Source of the DNA: an uncultured virus (IMG/VR IMGVR_UViG_3300028590_000012)
Lineage: Duplodnaviria; Heunggongvirae; Uroviricota; Caudoviricetes
DNA: 20,000 bases
IMG/VR virus record: IMGVR_UViG_3300028590_000012
Reading direction: 5' to 3' (one strand)
Positions 16,805 to 20,000 of this stretch are shown piece by piece; within the stretch, counting starts at the first letter, position 1, and every line of letters starts with the position of its first letter. The notes beneath the pieces are model-generated. The model did no database searches. It was not told the origin of the DNA and was given only the letters and a program-made list of their open reading frames with translations. The position numbers and the translations under genes are program-made.

Positions 16805-16849
16805 TCAACCCCCGCGCAAGGAGAATGATTTCACAGTCCTCTTTTTCAT
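16805..16849 (-). CDS. Candidate 14-aa leader peptide MKKRTVKSFSLRGG
   Basis: ATG lies 9 nt after a consensus -10. The stop is at the edge of the inverted-repeat arm, just before the hairpin. Confidence 0.3.
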   Translation of the reverse strand: MKKRTVKSFSLRGG

Positions 16850-16858
16850 TACGAGCGG

Positions 16859-16887
16859 ACAATACGACTCAGATGTGCGCCTGTCAA
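16859..16887 (-). promoter_or_regulatory. Near-consensus sigma70 promoter heading the modification operon
   Basis: TTGACA(16887-16882)-N17-TATTGT(16864-16859). Confidence 0.75.
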
Positions 16888-16928
16888 CCGCGCTGTTACA
16901 AGCTAATTGCATTACTGGACCATCAGGC

Positions 16929-16964
16929 AGAAAAGCCTGCAACCATTTCTGGCGGCAGGCTCTC
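16929..16964 (-). terminator. Rho-independent terminator after the large gene
   Basis: GAGCCTGC-CG-CCA-GAAA-TGG-TT-GCAGGCTTTTCT, with a GNRA tetraloop. Confidence 0.7.
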
Positions 16965-16995
16965 CTTGTCTCCTTTGCGCGGGAGGTTGAAAATG

Positions 16996-19900
16996 TCAGC
17001 GAATTTGTTGCCGAACTTCCTTCTGGGTGTCTGTTTCTACCATTGCCTTACGGAACTGCTGCTTCTTGATACCAAGCAGGAGACTGTCGTTGTAAAGTTG
17101 CTGGTATTCCGCCAAAACGCGGCGCTTGGCTTCTTCGCTTTGAAGTCTCGCCTCCTCCAGTTCTTCCTTTGGCACCTTTCGGTTTTCTGCGGAACGGAAA
17201 ATCCTCTCCGCGTTCTTGAATCGGTTGTTCAGGTCGTAGAGCCGGTAGGGCAATTGCTTTTCGATGTCCACAGTGTTGGCCCGATACCCCAACAATCTTA
17301 CTGCTTCATCGTATGGCGAATACACCTTTCCGTAATCACCTTGTTGGCCAGTGATGCCCATGTAGGTTCTGGAAATCTTGTTCAGCACCTTGGGGGTGAG
17401 GGCTTTCCTGAATACATACTGACCCATCTGGATTCCTTTGGCCATAAGGTCCAGTTCCTCATTGTAAACCTCGCGGGTTGTTCCTTTCTGACGATTGCGG
17501 AGTACGTCGAGGATCGCACTGAACAAAATGCCCTCTGAGAAGAAGTTTCCCATCACTGTGCGCAGCGCTCCCCCGGCAGCGTCTTTCGGGTTCTTCCCTT
17601 GAGAAACAGCCGTTACCGTTTCCGCAACAAGGGCAAATGGGTTGAGGTAGCTTGTGTTCGAGTAGGTGAACTTCCCGTCCCCTATGTTGGTGTAAAGTAG
17701 GTTGGCGTCACGATCCCACGGTGCCGCAAAGCTGCGACGGAACGCCTGATCCTTGTCATCATCCAAATCCTCAAACATACGGGAAAGCATGGCAGCCCCC
17801 CAGTAGGAAGCAGCGGACAGAACCATTATCAGTCCCATGAGTCTCCGGTATCCCCGTGTCACCAGAACTGGGTTGCCGCTTCGGATTTCCTTGTACCCCT
17901 GTGCGGCGGTGTATCCCGCAACCCGGTTGATCGAATAGACGAAATTGAAAAAGTTCTGCAACCCAAACCCCAACTGTGAAATGTCCCTGAATACCTTTGG
18001 AACTGTCGAATACGTCGGAGTCGTATTGGTGACAATCTCTGCCGCTTGTTCAACAAGCTGACGGAAAGGCATGTCTGGATATGCTTTCTTCAGTGTACCG
18101 ATCTCATCGACAAAAGCATTTGCCTTCCCAAGATTATCCCCCGCCGAATAAATCTTCCCCAGCGTCTCCATCGGCTTTGTTCCAACGCTTCTCTTCAGAA
18201 AGCTATTCTTCAGGGTCGCCTCGAAGTCTTTGAATGTGACGTTTTGATCAAAGATCCCATTGCGAAGGAGTTCATCATAAAGGTGTCGGGCATCCTGAAT
18301 ACCGGCCTTCTTTGCGGCAGAAATGACCGCATCGGGGTTTTTCCCGCTTCGCAAGGCATTCCACGCATCTCTCCATGTCTCAGGCTTCCAGCGTCCATTA
18401 GCGATTTCCACCATGATAGCCCCGATATAGTTTGGTGCGTAGCTGTCAGGGTTCAGGACCGTGGCGAATGTCTTGGCTGTCGCTGATGCCGTCAAAAATC
18501 CTCGCACCAGGAAATCCGAAACCCGCTTGGCATCCCCGCCCATCCCTGTTTGTTCCGCCATCTCAAAAGCATTCTTGAACTCTGGCGTGGTGTACAGTCC
18601 GCGAAGAACGTCGTAACGTCGGTTTGACCGTACGCGAACTATAGGATTCCCGTCATTGTCCTGAGTTTGGATGGCGGTGTCCTCCACAAGAGGGGTGTGG
18701 TATGCGGACGTTTTCTGCGTGCTCGCCCATCCTGACCTCAAGACTTCATTTCGGAACTCTTGCTGCATCTCCTCTCTGGCAATCAACTGCCCTAGGAAGT
18801 CGCCCGAGCGGATAAAGTTGACCAGCGGATCTTTGATTTCACCGAGCAATTCCCGGATGGGAGCGGCAATGTTTTTCCTCTCCATCAACGACCCCACACT
18901 TTTTCCTAGAACCTTTTTACCACCAAGGATGAACCCGGCAGCGGAATCGCGATCCAGAAGTTCCTTTATCGTGGTTTCTATCTGATCCGAGGTAGCCTCT
19001 GGGTTCTTTTGTTTCAGGTACGCGCGAGCATTTTCCAGTACCTCTGGTTTCTTCTTCTGGAGATATTTATAGTTCCATCCGCTTTCCGGGTCAAAAACTG
19101 CATAGCCCCTGCGGAGGTAACTCCCAATCCCATTGCGGAAAGTATCTGCCAATTCCCCCTCCACAATCCCATAATCAATAGCGGCCTGAGACAGGGTATC
19201 CACCATGTTTCGGACCTTCCATACATGAGGCTGTAGGGTAGGGTCCAACTCCGAAATGGTCATCCCGTCCTCTTGGGTTAATGCCTTTTGAATCCTTCCA
19301 TACTCAGCATTCCGCGCGTCCTTGTCTTTGTGCAAGGACTCTACTGCTCGCTTCACATCATCGGTGTAAACTTTCACCTTTCCACGAATCGCGTTTAGAC
19401 GGTTACTTAACCGATCATAAACCTCTTTCAAAGAGGCTGGCAGTTGTCCCTTGTCCAGTATTGCGGACCACACCGTTTGCGCTGTTGGGTCAATCTCGTA
19501 GGTTTGCCCAGGCTTGGTGGCTGGAGGAATATATTCCCTGGCAAAATTGTTCAGCACCTCCCGGATTTGCTGCATTGCCCCTTGAGATGGGCGTTCCGCC
19601 ATCGGCGCGACAAGATCCTGATCCAAGTTACCGTTCTTTGCTTGTTCAACAATACCGACAAGCTTATCGCGGGTTTCCTCCCAGTTCTTGAAGAATGGAC
19701 GAACGTCTCGGGACATGCTGGACGCTCTGCCTGTAAGGGCGTTGAGGAAATCCATCGCGGCATCCACGAGCCGTTCAAACAAGGGCTTGTCTTTCTGCCA
19801 GAGTCTCCTCCAGAACTTCCCGTCGTTGAAGTGTGCGCCGATGAAGTCTTCTGTAAATTCATCTGCGGCCTGGGATTCCGAGTAGCCCTTGTTGTTGATC

Positions 19901-20000
19901 AGGTTGTTCTTGTAGGCCGTCCAGTCGGTGGCGTTATCCAAAACGAACTGCTGGAGATCTTCGTACAGAGCTTTGTTCTTGGCCTTCAGGCTGTGGCCAA
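16996..20000 (-). CDS. Large polyvalent / internal virion (DNA ejection-type) protein, 5' end outside window
   Basis: The frame stays open from 19941 to the window edge (...GHSLKAKNKALYEDLQQFVLDNATDW...), giving >1000 aa. Mostly helical, with glycine-rich hydrophobic segments near the C-terminus typical of podovirus ejection proteins. Confidence 0.65.
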   Translation of the reverse strand, partial: GHSLKAKNKALYEDLQQFVLDNATDWTAYKNNLINNKGYSESQAADEFTEDFIGAHFNDGKFWRRLWQKDKPLFERLVDAAMDFLNALTGRASSMSRDVRPFFKNWEETRDKLVGIVEQAKNGNLDQDLVAPMAERPSQGAMQQIREVLNNFAREYIPPATKPGQTYEIDPTAQTVWSAILDKGQLPASLKEVYDRLSNRLNAIRGKVKVYTDDVKRAVESLHKDKDARNAEYGRIQKALTQEDGMTISELDPTLQPHVWKVRNMVDTLSQAAIDYGIVEGELADTFRNGIGSYLRRGYAVFDPESGWNYKYLQKKKPEVLENARAYLKQKNPEATSDQIETTIKELLDRDSAAGFILGGKKVLGKSVGSLMERKNIAAPIRELLGEIKDPLVNFIRSGDFLGQLIAREEMQQEFRNEVLRSGWASTQKTSAYHTPLVEDTAIQTQDNDGNPIVRVRSNRRYDVLRGLYTTPEFKNAFEMAEQTGMGGDAKRVSDFLVRGFLTASATAKTFATVLNPDSYAPNYIGAIMVEIANGRWKPETWRDAWNALRSGKNPDAVISAAKKAGIQDARHLYDELLRNGIFDQNVTFKDFEATLKNSFLKRSVGTKPMETLGKIYSAGDNLGKANAFVDEIGTLKKAYPDMPFRQLVEQAAEIVTNTTPTYSTVPKVFRDISQLGFGLQNFFNFVYSINRVAGYTAAQGYKEIRSGNPVLVTRGYRRLMGLIMVLSAASYWGAAMLSRMFEDLDDDKDQAFRRSFAAPWDRDANLLYTNIGDGKFTYSNTSYLNPFALVAETVTAVSQGKNPKDAAGGALRTVMGNFFSEGILFSAILDVLRNRQKGTTREVYNEELDLMAKGIQMGQYVFRKALTPKVLNKISRTYMGITGQQGDYGKVYSPYDEAVRLLGYRANTVDIEKQLPYRLYDLNNRFKNAERIFRSAENRKVPKEELEEARLQSEEAKRRVLAEYQQLYNDSLLLGIKKQQFRKAMVETDTQKEVRQQIR

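Larger units (their letters stand above)
16805..16990. repeat. Imperfect 20/22-bp inverted repeat pair
   Basis: TCAACCCCCGCGCAAGGAGA (16805-16824) versus TCTCCTTTGCGCGGGAGGTTGA (16969-16990): 20 matches, two single-nt indels. Confidence 0.85.

Noticed and set aside
16805..16819. Ubiquitin-like LRGG / double-glycine ending of the mini-ORF, suggesting a RiPP or conjugation system with the radical SAM enzyme
   Set aside because: Only four residues, constrained by the inverted repeat; no core peptide after GG and no peptidase, transporter, RRE or E1-like gene in the window.
16805..16990. MITE/IS interpretation of the inverted repeats
   Set aside because: No target-site duplication, no transposase, and no second copy in the window.
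16702..17538. 278-aa plus-strand ORF spanning the regulatory region
   Set aside because: Antisense to the large gene and crosses promoter/terminator elements; no recognisable domain.
1..20000. CRISPR array, tRNA, rRNA, integrase, reverse transcriptase/DGR, alternative genetic code
   Set aside because: No spaced direct repeats, cloverleaf or such motifs seen; genes tile densely under the standard code and use all three stop codons.

Overview
The window is part of a tailed dsDNA bacteriophage or prophage with a podovirus-like layout. The minus-strand head module runs: GT-A-like protein, portal, two small proteins, scaffold, major capsid protein. The terminase large subunit is transcribed divergently and is translationally coupled to a GT9-like glycosyltransferase. 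A minus-strand modification operon follows (Cys-rich protein, two SAM methyltransferases, GT2, GT34, radical SAM/SPASM-like), and the window ends in the 3' part of a very large polyvalent/ejection-type protein. Two HNH-family homing endonucleases are present. Manual reading found three genes and one mini-ORF missing from the ORF track: an HNH gene (<1..542), a 36-aa basic protein, a 49-aa ribbon-helix-helix regulator and a 14-codon mini-ORF. The main observations are: (i) a glycosylation/methylation/radical-SAM tailoring system interleaved with head genes, two members of which share an unnamed 'ETPPGGW' domain; (ii) a promoter enclosed by ~20-bp inverted repeats at the head of that operon; (iii) two identical 11-mers shared by the RHH-operon promoter and the methyltransferase promoter; (iv) a hairpin-rich capsid mRNA leader. 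All functional calls come from motifs recognised by eye. No database search was run.
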